The position numbers and the translations under genes were made by a program. From contig CM106585.1 in the NCBI GenBank assembly GCA_048013815.1, forward strand, positions 10,974,001 to 11,038,000: DNA of 64,000 bases. Direction: 5' to 3'. Below, one piece after another: positions 40,125 through 52,654 of the stretch. This stretch comes from Setoptus koraiensis. Its lineage: Eukaryota > Animalia > Arthropoda. Position 1 is the first letter of the stretch; every line of letters begins with the position of its first letter. The notes under the pieces are model-generated. The model ran no database searches and was not told the origin of the DNA. It saw only the letters and a list, made by a program, of their open reading frames with translations.

Positions 40125-42272
40125 TAGATATACCTGGCCGATATATCGGGTGCAGACTAGACACAAGCATGTCGTGGCTGTGTTATGTAATCGGCAACCG
40201 ATCATTTGAAAGTTGCCCGATATTTATACGTGTCGTCGTCGCGCAACCGTTACTGTTTATTGCATCTGTCATTGTTTGAGCTCGAGCAGCGGTGCTCAAC
40301 GGCGACAACAGCGAAATCGGGCAACAACCAACAACAACCGGCGACAACCAACAACAACCGGGCGACAACCGGCGACTCACACCAGAAACGGTGCAGCGGC
40401 GAGGTGCATTACGTCATCCGCGGGCCGCTCGCTGCGTTTGGCTCGTCCTTTTAGTCCTATTAGTGCTATTAGTCATATTAGTGCCACTGGAGCTATCGGT
40501 GCTATTAGTGCCATTAGTGCCATTACGGCTGCAAGCCTCAGCTACCGCTGATAGATGGGCCCAGATGAGTGCGGCGCCGGCCCGGCCCGCCGGGGCACAC
40601 TCGAGCGGCATGCCTAAGCGGGCGGCGTGCCTGGGCGGGCAATGCGCCTAAATTGGCCAATAAGTCTAATTGTCGCTGGCCCGGTCACTTGTGCCTCTGT
40701 TTACTGTTGGTGTCGGTTGGTATCCGCTGGTATCCGCTGGTATCCGTGCAGTTTTATCGGTGCGCTGCCACTCATCCGGCCCTCTCATATCCTCTCAGTG
40801 CGAGGGCCTCGCAAATATGTGGCACACAGTCTATATATAGTGGTCGACATGCTGCGTTGAGTGGTTATTCACGCCAATTAGGACAGTGTCGATGGTCCAT
40901 GAGAGAGTTCATTGTTTCGCCGGCTGCCTCGGTCGCTAGGGTCGCAGTGGTCGCAAAAGTCGCTACAGTCGCAAGGGTCGCCACAGTCGCTGTGCCCAAA
41001 GAATCCCCAAAGGATGCCCAAAAAAATCGCCACTTGGAGCATGTTTCGCTGGCCTCGTTCGCGAGCTTGATGGGCACGCGGGTTCGGGTATGGCGCGAGG
41101 TGTGATCGATAGTTGCCGAGTTGCACACACCGGTGGCGCCGCGCAGCCAACAAAGTATAGCGAGCATACATAGTATGATAAGACACTAATAAGATCAGAC
41201 GACGAGATTTAGCCCGATCGCTTGTTTGTGTTTGACCTATGCACGGCCCCTCAAATATAGGCAACACACACAACTAATGACAGCCGGTGGTGTGTCGCTT
41301 TTGCGGGGGCCCAAACGCTGAGCGGGGCCCCGCCGATCGCAAGATGGGATCGCTCAATTTCGGGCCCACTGACAGCTAACGTGGTGTATTCACGGATAAA
41401 TACGCATAGATACGGTTAAACAATGGGGCCCCCGGTGCATGACCATATCGAGTGGGCTAGTTAGTGCTAGTTAGTGCTAGTTAGTGCGGCTAGGGTGCCG
41501 CCACTGCCGCCGCCGTGAGGTGAGCCCAATATAATATATAATGTGCGACTATCCGATCCGTCTGGCTATCCGATTATGCGGCTGCTCGCTTATTTGGGCG
41601 CAGTGTCACGAGTGTCCACATTGATTAGTGCGAGCCATTCATTAGTGGGCCGGCTGAAGGGCCCTCGTAAATCTACTTCATGCGAACTGGTGGCCAAAAG
41701 TGGCGGCCAGCATAGTTCGGGGGCCCGCCAGAAGTGTCGCCCCTGGCGCGCTAATTGAATACGAAATAGGCCGGCTTGTAGTTTTCGACTGGGCGCTGAC
41801 CTCAGCGCCAGAATTACATACGCGCGCGTACACATTATGATTATACTTAAATCAAATAAGGCACAAGTTGACAAGTTTGTGTCATTTGAAAAAGTAACAT
41901 AAATTGTTGTTACTGTACGCTGTGTGCAGTAACAACAAACGAGATATAAGCTTCTTATCTCATTGTGCCCAATCTAAAACAAGATTAATAATCTCATATA
42001 GACGGTGTGCAAACGCGAGCAGGGGGCCCCCGCCTTTATAGGTAAGCCCGCACACGGGCAGCCCCAAAACAAGCTGCCATTTTGCTGTCTTGACGTCGGT
42101 GAGCCGACTGGCCGCGTGTCGTACATCACCGGACATATGGCGATTATAATCTGTGTGACAGTTATGGCACAATAAATGGCAAGTTATGGCCAGCGCCAAG
42201 TCATAAGTGAGATATGCGATAATTACTGCGATGGCAGCATCTCGCGCGGTTGCCCTTGTTGCGTCAACAACA

Positions 42273-42307
<35 letters not shown>

Positions 42308-44350
42308 ATCAACAACAACAGCGACAGCAGCAGCGTCAGACTGCAAGACAATGCTACTTGGGGCCGAAATGTGCAAACGTCGTATCGCAACATAACGGCG
42401 ATATGTATATCCAATTATCGAGCGGCGTTGTTGTTGCCATCGCGCCGCTAATTGACAGTTATCAGTTGTGGGCCCCGGGGGCGACTCACGTCGCGTTACA
42501 GGGCAAATTATTGCAACATAGATAATGATTGCTCCATCTTGGCATTGGCGGCTCGGTATTTGTGGCGCATCGCCAGTCACATCAGTTCCATTTGTTGCGA
42601 CAGCAATAAGCCAACAATAAAATTCGCCGCCCAAGCAGCCATTATAAAGTCAACATTATAAAACAAATGAAATGCCAGAAATCGCAAAAATGTGTCGGGC
42701 CCACTGACACATTCTCCCAGCGGCTTTTTGGGCAAAAGCTGCTTTCGGGCGGCTCTCGGGCGGCTCTCGGGCTGGTCCCGCGAAAAGAATGAATTATTCA
42801 TTGCTCGGCGAGCACACTGTAGCGATCACAATGGCCATCGAAACCGCATTCCATTAGTATGGAGATTATACACTATGTAGTGGTCATTTAAATTGCTTTC
42901 TAACACACCCCATCCAACTGGACAAGTGATGATGCCTCAATCACTCTCTGATTTGCCCCAGTTGGTTCAGCAGCAAATTCATTAGCCAACGCGGCTGGCT
43001 GCTCATTGAAGGAGATCGCTCTCTCATTATGTTAAATGGGTAGGCATTAGTTATTCGGTCGCTATATAATTCAGATACAATGTCCTTGGCCGGATCACTG
43101 TCGCATTGATCAAACTTGCACTGATCAGGCGAGAGTTAAGTTGCCCTAGGTTACCTTGTCAAGTTGACGAAGGCCGTGCTACTGATAATGGTGACACTTT
43201 TATAAATGATTGATTGATTGTTGTCGCAAGTTGTCAGCAACTTGGCGGCTAGTCCATTCACCATTGATCGCGCCTCCTGGTCTCATGATTCACATCAGGC
43301 GTGATCAATGGACCAAGCGATCAATTTACTCTTATCAGTTCGCATTCACGCCAGCTAACTTATTAGCTAACTCAACAACAATTGCATAGTAAATTGCATA
43401 ATAAAGAATAAGATAATAAATAAATAAGCGATAAATTGAGAGTCGCAGTTTGGGCCGGAAAATAAAGTGAAAATTTCATGTACGCGTTCGAAATAACTTT
43501 TGCATGTCCCAGCGCTATTCATCGATGAACAATTGATGTTCACACGAGAATAGCATCATTGGATATTGATTCTTTTAGTATGGCTGTCTCTGCTAGCGCA
43601 ACTATCACCATTAAGCATACTTTGTTTTAGCCGGGTCACTCGAAATCACTATAAGGTCGAAAGAGGACTCGAAACGTAACTGTCACCGAGGTGCGCAATT
43701 ACCACACTCTCAACACACAAGTCCCCGGCAGTGACACTCAGAATACACCGACAAGAGTCTTCTTGAAGTCTCCTGTGTACCAGCACCGAGAAAAAGCTAA
43801 TCTCGTTCCCAACGAAAGATCGAGATTTTTCTTCAATTATTCAAGTATTTTCTGCAATCGAACCGCCTGTCTGGATTCACAACTGTCGTTTCAGCATCCG
43901 CGGATGATGCGTTTGATTGGTTGATCATGTGTGGGTAAATCGACGTATTTCGACGGTATTTCAGGGGTATTGCAAGGGTAATGAAGGGTGTTCACTGGCA
44001 ATTTTTTGATCATTTGATGCTTGAGCGATGTTTTTTGGGCCCAGTTGTGATGCCTGCCAGTGCAAATATCATTGTATCATATCATTTTCAAAAATACAGC
44101 AATGGAAAGACCAGAGAGGGTCGTGGCTCATGAATTATAAACCGGAAACAGATATAAACCAGATTCTTTGGTTCTCTACAACGAAGCCGTATTTTTGAAA
44201 ACGAAGACACGAAATAAAAACATCCGGAATTGGACAACCCCTTGCTGCTAACAGTACGGGTGCTGACCAGAAAATTGAGCATGAAAATATATTCGAGAGA
44301 AAAAACGATATTTTCTGCTGACAATAGCTCGAAAATGTTCAAGCCCTGTT

Positions 44351-44356
44351 TTTATT
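44351..44356 (-). terminator. Poly(A) signal of secreted-family paralogue 1
   Basis: AATAAA on the minus strand about 105 nt after the stop. Homologous TTTTTATTC(A/G)TA context at 52531-52536 (paralogue 2) and 58396-58401 (paralogue 3). Confidence 0.6.
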
Positions 44357-44461
44357 CATATCATATCATGCGATTCATATGAATAAAAGGTCCATTCCAT
44401 CCTTTTCCTCGCTTATAGAATTTTCATCTACGCTCAACCGAACCTTTCTTGAACCAGATTT

Positions 44462-45487
44462 TTATTTCTCTCGCTGGGCTCTTTCTGGCTGGAATCCGCA
44501 ATCAAGTTTCTCGCTAATACACCAGATTTTGTCAGAAGTTTCAAATTTCTTTGGTTCTAATTCCTTGTTTAGCTCGTCACTGAGCACTTCGTTCGACAAG
44601 CTTTCAGGTACTGCACTGCTTGGAGAACAATTTAGTGCTTTTAAACCTTGGCAGTATTGGACAGCTTTGAGCCACTGACTGACTATTGGGCTGGTCCTCA
44701 ATTTATTGTCTGTAACATCGTCATCATCTCCGGCTCTAAAACCATAGAAAAATAATCTCATAATGGGATGGATTGAGTTTTGCGCATAACTATCAATCAA
44801 TTGGCAAGATCGCTTAACATTCACAAACTGTTCAGCCATTTCTTGGCTATCCAAACTATGGGATTTAGCACCAGATTTAGACAACAGATCGCTCGCTATA
44901 ACGATGTCCTCTGGTAGATCGACTTCGGATGGATCGACTTCGATTAATTTGCTAATGATTTGGTCATTTTCTACAGTATCCAAGCTCTGTTTGACGGCCT
45001 CGTCAGATTGCTCTGCCTCCTCTAGTTTCTCCTCTAGGTTTTGCTTGCAGGTTAAAATAATTTGACCATATAGGAATGCTGTGAATTTTAATAATCCATG
45101 ATCACGGTTCTGTTGAACGGATCGAGATTGCTTGCCATTTATGCGTTTGTTAAATTGCACCAATTCCTCGATGATATCTGATCCGCACACAGAATGTGTT
45201 GCTCTAACGTCTTCAACTAATTCGTTCAGAGCTCTCACATCTCCGACACCGTCAAAACTGTTCAAACAGTTGTTGATGAGCTCAGTAGTGGGCTTGCTAC
45301 CTAGCCCCGGTGTCTCTTCCATCTCTCTTGCCAATTCTCTGACCTCCAACAGTGATTCGACCTCATCGACTCTTTCCAAGCAAAGTTCCTCCGACGACGT
45401 CCATAGTTCCCCGGCTAAACTGCCGGGCAGGAAACCGCCAACGACGCCTACGATCAGTAAAAAAGACAATACTTGTTGCACTGACAT
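44462..45487 (-). CDS. Secreted six-cysteine protein of unknown family, paralogue 1 (341 aa)
   Basis: Intronless ORF; hydrophobic N-terminus MSVQQVLSFLLIVGVVGG (signal-peptide-like); aligns end to end with 52655-53725 and 58453-59517; TATA box and AATAAA present. Confidence 0.9.
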   Translation of the reverse strand: MSVQQVLSFLLIVGVVGGFLPGSLAGELWTSSEELCLERVDEVESLLEVRELAREMEETPGLGSKPTTELINNCLNSFDGVGDVRALNELVEDVRATHSVCGSDIIEELVQFNKRINGKQSRSVQQNRDHGLLKFTAFLYGQIILTCKQNLEEKLEEAEQSDEAVKQSLDTVENDQIISKLIEVDPSEVDLPEDIVIASDLLSKSGAKSHSLDSQEMAEQFVNVKRSCQLIDSYAQNSIHPIMRLFFYGFRAGDDDDVTDNKLRTSPIVSQWLKAVQYCQGLKALNCSPSSAVPESLSNEVLSDELNKELEPKKFETSDKIWCISEKLDCGFQPERAQREK

Positions 45488-45560
45488 CTTGATTTGAATT
45501 TTTATTCGGGGATTATAGAAGACTGTAGTCTGTTAAGTCGTGCAAGTCTCACTGCTCATT

Positions 45561-45945
45561 GACTGTTATCGGACTACCGGTGATCTCATCCCTATTTATA
45601 CGAGATAAAAAAATGTTTGCTCAAACAATCTACGTAGAAAAATTCTGTTTTTAGAATGCTATATTATCATCTGATGAATATGAGTAGAGTGAGTAGCAAC
45701 ATTCCAAACATTTTTGAAAATTTTTATCCCAAAAATACTTATTCTGGCTGGAACAACCATTGAAAATTTCTCTTGTTGAACAGTTTCTATCACCAGTGAC
45801 ACACGAAAACACGAAAATTGCCGACCAAAAAACATTTCGGAGAGTTGTTTTTCAAAAATGAAATGTTTTCGCCCCTTTGTCTGACATTTGGCTTGACATT
45901 TACCTGGATGACGTTTTTCAACATTTGTCAATATTTTGCTGTGTA
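45561..45945 (-). promoter_or_regulatory. Conserved upstream cassette of paralogue 1 (TATA box plus shared motifs)
   Basis: TATAAATAGGG (TATA at 45593-45600), ACAGTC Inr-like about 27 bp downstream, and a TTTTTAGAATGCTATATTATCA block. Homologous to 53830-54215 and 59610-59870. Confidence 0.7.
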
Positions 45946-45989
45946 TTTTGAGCTGCAGTTGCAACTGTGACGTTGATGGCAGACAATAG

Positions 45990-46352
45990 TCGGAACTACG
46001 CAACCATACCTTATTTTCGAAAATAGAAGGCAGAAAATGGAAGCAACACAGTTGGACTGCCTTTCAATTTATTGTCTGTAACATTCCCGGTGTCGCCGGC
46101 CTTGGTACCTTTGTAAGCTCAGCTCACAACCGGAAGTCCTCTGTATCCAAGGAATGATCGTCCAGTTTACGGACCTTGGTTGTTCAAACGAAGAAAAACT
46201 GGTTTCTCGCACGCATGGGCTTAGCCTACAGAGATTTCTAGGCCGGAGACACCGGGAATGTTACAGACAATAAATTGAAAGGCAGTTCAATTGTGGTGCT
46301 TCCATTTTCTGCCTTCTATTTCCGAAAATAAGGTATGGTTGCGTAATTCCGA
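45990..46352. repeat. Long inverted repeat (hairpin) partly derived from secreted-family coding sequence
   Basis: Arms 45990-46102 and 46240-46352, 113 bp each, ungapped, 6 mismatches, plus about 25 bp of more diverged inner pairing. The inner parts of the arms translate to G.KAGDTGNVTDNKLKGSP.V, homologous to all three paralogues. Confidence 0.93.
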
Positions 46353-46838
46353 ATTGCTGCTAAATACTATCCGACGCTGCGAGGCAGCGGATTTAGCATC
46401 ATCAGCGATTATTAGCGTCATTACTATCCCTAGCAAGTTGTGAGCATAGTTGCCTGCGCTGTCCAGTGGCGGCGCTCGTCAATTGATAATTGATAATCAA
46501 TAATTGATTAATGAAGCAAGTCAAGTTTGCAAGCCAATTTCATTTGTTTGTATCGACAGAGGCTTTCGATGGTAGCCGGCCCCTCGGCGGTTTGAGCAAA
46601 CAGGCCCCAAATGTGCCCCCGCAATGAAAAACAAAGCGGGTCTTGCCAGAGGGTCTTTGTTTTAGTTTGTTTTGCTTTGCTGCATTATGCATGTCAGGTG
46701 CATCGAGCTCATTGCACTTGATATTTGCATGTTGTGCAGTTGTCACGTGAAACAAACAAAAAATGAGCGCGTTGCAATTGGACACTGGCCGCCCGACATT
46801 CAATATTGTTATTTACTCGAGTCAACATCGCCAACAGC

Positions 46839-46871
<33 letters not shown>

Positions 46872-49013
46872 AATAATAACAACAACAACAACAACAGCGG
46901 CAGCAGCAGCAACTAATACGTGCCACGTAACACGCAATACGTAATATTGTGCATTACGCAACACGGCTCATATTGCATAGTGGCGTATGAGTGCACTTGA
47001 GTGAATGGTCATTGTTCTATTGAAATCAACCGGACAAATAATGGTATTTCTGTGGCCACACACACACACACACACACAAAGCCAACTTATATTACACGAT
47101 GGCTACTTTTTGGTAAATGACCATTGTTAGTTGTAAGTAGTTGCAGCTGATGTTGTTGTTGTTGTTGTTGTGTCTATTCATCATTAGCTGGCAACAAGCG
47201 CAAGTATATAAGTGGCTCCCATTGTCTTCTACCTGTCCTGTCCGCGACAACGGACACCACCGCACACAGACAGCATACGGCACCAACTCTCTGCCGCTGT
47301 CACTTATACCCAGATATACCCATATGGCACCGATATGGAACCCAACGGGGTTATATTAACGCTTATAACGGCATATCCGCATGTAACAACAGTCGAAACT
47401 TGACCAGCGTCGCATAATGGCCGCTGATGGAATGCTTGTACATGCCAAATAGGGCAGATATGGATCAGGTATGGCTACCTGTATACGAGTGCTGTATGTG
47501 ATATATGCGCTATGTGTTATGTGTGATATATGCGCTATGTGTGATATACGGATACATACATATGAAACATGTATGCACCGGGCCGGCAGGTAAGCCGCTT
47601 ACTCGCTGGCCAAGACAGTCGAGTTGCCGGCGACAAGCGTCCACTTGGCTTTTGCACAGAACAAAGAACCGGCTTGCCCGTGTGTCACCATATGGAGCTT
47701 ACCTGGTCATCTGGTCATCTGGTCACCTGGTCACCTGGTTGGCTGGTCACCTGTCGTGCTTTTTGTGTGTGTGTGTGCCTTCCCCTTTCCCCTTTCGCGT
47801 TTTCTCGACTCGTCTCTTCTATTGGCTCGTTGGTGCGTTGCATCATGTCACTACAGTCACCAAGCCAAGTCATGCCAAGCCACGCATTTGGCGAGCTTAC
47901 CGTAACGGTTGTCGCGTTGCTGCCGTTGCTGTGGCCGTGACTGCCCAGTGGCCACTCAATAATGTCTGTGGCCATCAACTTGACCACTGCACTGCTGCTA
48001 TTTGTGTGCACAGTGTGACTGCTGCGCCATTCGATTGCCGGGCACTCACCGCGCCGCGTTCAGTTATGGCCAGTTCAGTTACCGCCGCGTTCAGTGGTGA
48101 GCGGGCGCGGACGCGGGCCCGCTACCGATACCGCACCCGCGCCACTGGTCACCATTGCAAATAGATAATAATCTCTCTCTCTCTCCGTGTTGCATCACTC
48201 ACATAGCCAGTAGTGTGCTGCGGCATACATAGTATACATAATATGCAACGTAATATCCGCCGCTGCCGCTGTTTGTGTGAGCGGACTCCAGCGGCGGCCG
48301 TGCATATGTTTACCTGGCGCGTGTTGTTGCCGGCCGCGTCCATTAGCGGCCGGCAGCAATTCGGCCGCGTTTGTCAACTATGTCGCTTTGGCCAGTGGGT
48401 GCACAGGGCAAAATTGTTGTTGGCTTCGGTCGTCCAAAATCAATTACGTCGCCAGCAGCGCCAACAACAACAACGACAGCGACAGCAGCAACGACAACAG
48501 CGACAACAACAGCTACAACAACCATGGCAGCAGCAGCAACAGCGACAAAAACAACAACAGCAACAGCAGCGACAAGCTCGGTGACATTGGCCGGCACGGG
48601 GCGCCGTTTGCGCCATATGCCGGTCAGACAAGCAAACAAACAAACACACTCGGGCTGTGTTTGCGGTGCACTCGACGACACGGCCGCCAACCGGGACAAG
48701 ATCCCGTTGACTTTGGCCAACGGGTCGCTTGGCCGCGACACACAGGTAGCTGGCGCCACTGTGCTGGTACTGTACCAAAATACCTGTGCAAACCAGAGTC
48801 TGCTTACCAGACTCTGGACATAAAGCGGACATGAAGCGCAAAATATAATTTGCGCAATATATAATTTGATTGTGTGTACGTACAATAAAATGCGAATTTG
48901 CGGCCGGAAGGCAGCAAATCAATATCTCGTCGTCGTTGCCACTAACAGCCAGCGGGTACATAGCGACTATTTATTTATATATGTCACATACATAAACATA
49001 CATGTTTATATGT

Positions 49014-49110
49014 ATATACGGTATATACGGTATATGCGGTACATGCGGTATATGCGGTATATGCGGTATATACGGTATATGCGGTATATACGGTATATGC
49101 GGTATATACG
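49014..49110. repeat. 9-bp tandem repeat (CGGTATAT[G/A])n
   Basis: About 10 units read directly. Confidence 0.9.
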
Positions 49111-50021
49111 ATATATATATGATGGCCGCTACGCGGCGCTATTATAATTACGAATTGCGAGCGCCAGCGCCAACTGGCTGGATACGGCTAATATATAATA
49201 TAATAATATAATTAGTACTCATTCCATGTATGCTAATGACTCACTTGATACGATACCGACTGGCCGCATATCGAGCCCATATCACAACAAGACGCGCGGG
49301 CCGGCTGGCCCGATAATAGCGCCATGCGTAATGTAGGTAGGGCGCCCATTGTCGGCCGGCAGGTCGGCCGAGTCACAGTAATAATGAGAAATGCCCCATG
49401 TGTGCATGCATATAGCATACACCAGCGGCCCGGCATGCAACCATAAACAGCAACTGGCCAAGAGAAGGGGTATTTTCGCGAAAGCTAGGGTACGCCCGAC
49501 AGCGGCACCGGCCGATCGGTCACACGATCGGCAGCGGCCCGCACACACACACACCAAGCAGCGCATGTTTGAGTGACCAGTGGCCAGTAATTATAATGAC
49601 CAACTGATAGAGGCCATATAAATGAGTTAGTAGCTTATTTGATTGCGTAATAGATGGGCTTGGCGCGCAGTGCGGCGGCCACCGTTGGTTGCAGTGGCGA
49701 GGGCAGCGGCCAATGTTGGCGTCGTTAATGCTGTCGGCTGCAGTGACAATTCGCGCAAATTGCGCAACCACCCACTTTGCTGGCCTCGTTGCATAACTGG
49801 CCCCACTGGCTAGCCGTTGCCGGCCCGCTGCCACCGGCTAACTGGGCTAACCCATTGTGAGGGGCACGCGTTTTAACGCGTGCTATCTGTTGAGTGAATA
49901 GTGTGCCAAAGTTTGTTTGTTTGCGCGCTCTTTCGAGCGGCTCCTTCGCGACCTTGAGTCGCGGCCTCAAGTTGCGCCCAACTCAAGGTAGTGTACACCT
50001 ACACCTACACCTACACACTTA

Positions 50022-50105
<84 letters not shown>

Positions 50106-51793
50106 CGCGCAATAAACAATGCAAACTAGTAATTAGATAGTGCCTATTGCATCATCATTGTCATTATCGTCACACACAATTGGCTGGCCGCTCTGATTGG
50201 CTGATGACTGGTTGCATAATGGTACCCAGCGGCGCGTACCTGGCGCCACTAGGCGGCTGCGGGCACGCAAAACGGTATTGCACCGCTCGTGGCCGACAAT
50301 TGCACTGCCGTGCCCGCAGATTGTGCCCATTTGCACATATACGCGCCGTTGTTTGCCAGCTTGTGAGGCTTTGTGAGGCCGTTTGAGGCTGTTTGAGGCC
50401 TTTTGAGGCCCCGACAGCCTCTTGCCGACGGCGATTGCCGGCCGATTTACACTCAGATCGATTGTGGCTCCGTGCTCGATGCTCTGTGTCAATGTTCAAT
50501 GGCGCCCTCTCGTAATGAAAGTGTCTTGTTGCAGTGTTTTGCTCGTGGCCGCTGCCTGAATCTGTCCGTTTGTTTGCCTGTTTGTTTGTCTGTTTGTTCG
50601 TTTGTTTGTTTGTTGGCTGCCGGTGATCGGGCTCTGAATTTTTAATTTCGACAATTTTACTGAATATCACATTACTGCAATGTATCTATTCACTTAGTGT
50701 TATCACAATCAACACTGTCATATGGAGGCCGAGACACAAGCGGCCAAGACGACAACTAATCGCTGGTGAGTTTTAGATGGTTGAGCGAGCCAAACAAGCG
50801 CCCACCTGATAGTTTGAGCGCTGTAAGTGGCCGACAGGGGGCCATGATTGCTTACTTTGTTGCGCCAGCAGCAGACGATGGTGGCAACAGTGGTGGCCAG
50901 CATCCACTATTATCCATTATTTATTATCGTTATAACTATTATTATTCGTTCGTTCGTTATTATCAATATGGATATCGTCATTTTTATTATTACCGCTATT
51001 ATGCTAATGCCGCTCTGGTTGCCTCACACGAGACCGGCCTGGCGAGACCGTGTGTTGCAATGCGCAAGAATGCGCCAGCACGCGCCACAATGCGCCACAA
51101 TGTGCGCATTCTTTTGGGGCCCGCAGCGCACATTCATAACTGTGCCGCGTGTAACGTGCGACATAACACACGCCGGCATATATTATGTAAGATTAGCGAC
51201 GGGTTGCCGCCAACTGGCTGCACGCGGTGCATAGCGGTGCATAGCGGTGCACGGCGGTGCGCGGCGTATGCACCGCAGTGCTGAGGGCTCGTCGAGTGGC
51301 ACCAAAATGGAATAACATAATGTGGCATAATAATCATAATATATGCCAATGGCCGGCCACGCCAGCAACAACAACATTAGCGACAGCGACGACAACGCCG
51401 ACAACAATGATGGCAATATTAATGATAATGCGCCCGATGATGCAGTGCACCGTCGTGCTGGCTCGCTGGCCAAACGTTGGCGCTCGCCAAGGCGGACAGA
51501 GTGGCCAGAGCTTATGATGACGGTCAGCGCCACGTAATACGCGCAATGGGCGCCATAATAAGCTAAGTGTTGCCCAATACGTGTTACGTGTCTGTGTAGC
51601 TGTGGCCAACACGTGCACGCCAAGTAGTGACATGATTATTTAGATCGGCGAGCATCTTGTCGTTGTCGTCGTCGTTGTCGTCGTCGTTGTCGTCGTCGTT
51701 GTCGTCGTTGTCGTCGTCGTTGTTGTCGTTGTTGTTGTTGTTGCTGTTGTCTGGCGGCGTAATGTTGCCGTTTTACATGTAGGCTGTTAGGTA

Positions 51794-51834
<41 letters not shown>

Positions 51835-52219
51835 ATTGTCATTGGCACGCAAATAATAATAATGTTGTTTGTGCTAGGGCCCAACTTTGTTGTTGCGCTG
51901 TCTTTGTTTTGATGTCGCTGCTGCGCGCCACTTACAAATAGCAAATTACCAAAACTATGTGATTGTCTGCTTGTCCAGCTACGTGCCGACGTCTACTCTG
52001 CATCCGGTTTGCTGTCTGAATCAACTAATTGTGTCGTCTTCGCGCTGCGCTAACCGTATGCAGCCGACACTGCGGCGTGTGATGAATGATGATTCCCTCA
52101 TCATTATTAATCATAATTAATTTCGCTTATAACCCTATTTTGTTCATAAGTGATGGCTCAGCACGGCCAGTCGAAAACACTCAAGCGGCGCCTTTTCAAC
52201 TTGCATCATGTAAGCGTCT

Positions 52220-52264
52220 GCTTTTCGCTCTTCGGCCCCGGGATCGGGCCGAAGAGCGAAAAGC
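52220..52264. repeat. Perfect 19-bp inverted repeat with 7-nt loop
   Basis: GCTTTTCGCTCTTCGGCCC / GGGCCGAAGAGCGAAAAGC. Confidence 0.9.
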
Positions 52265-52654
52265 CGAAACCGAAATAAGCGACCGGGAGAGTGCGAGCGG
52301 CGACCGAGCGAGCGGCCCGCGGGAGCAAAACCTCCCGGCCACTCCGATTCCGTCTTTTGATCCACCGAACGAGACGCATTAAGCCGTCTCCGAGAACCAC
52401 CTAGATTCGGTCGAATCGGCGAGCGGTCGAATCAGGAAGTGATCGAATGAAGAAATGGTCGAATCGCGAAAGCACGTCACAAGATGAGAGCCTCTGGTGG
52501 CGAGAGCCCGAAAAATTTTCGCACACTTTTTTTATTCATATGATACTGACAGACGGCTTCGTATTATCGCTCGCAAGAGCCCGCGATTAAGCCTGCGATT
52601 AAGCCTGTCCGTGGCCGTATGGAGGCAGCCCCCAGATTGCGCTCCATTCCGCGC

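Noticed and set aside
45990-46352. Reading the hairpin as an ordinary MITE
   Set aside because: No target-site duplication is visible and the arms contain in-frame homology to the neighbouring gene family. Kept only as the refuting alternative.
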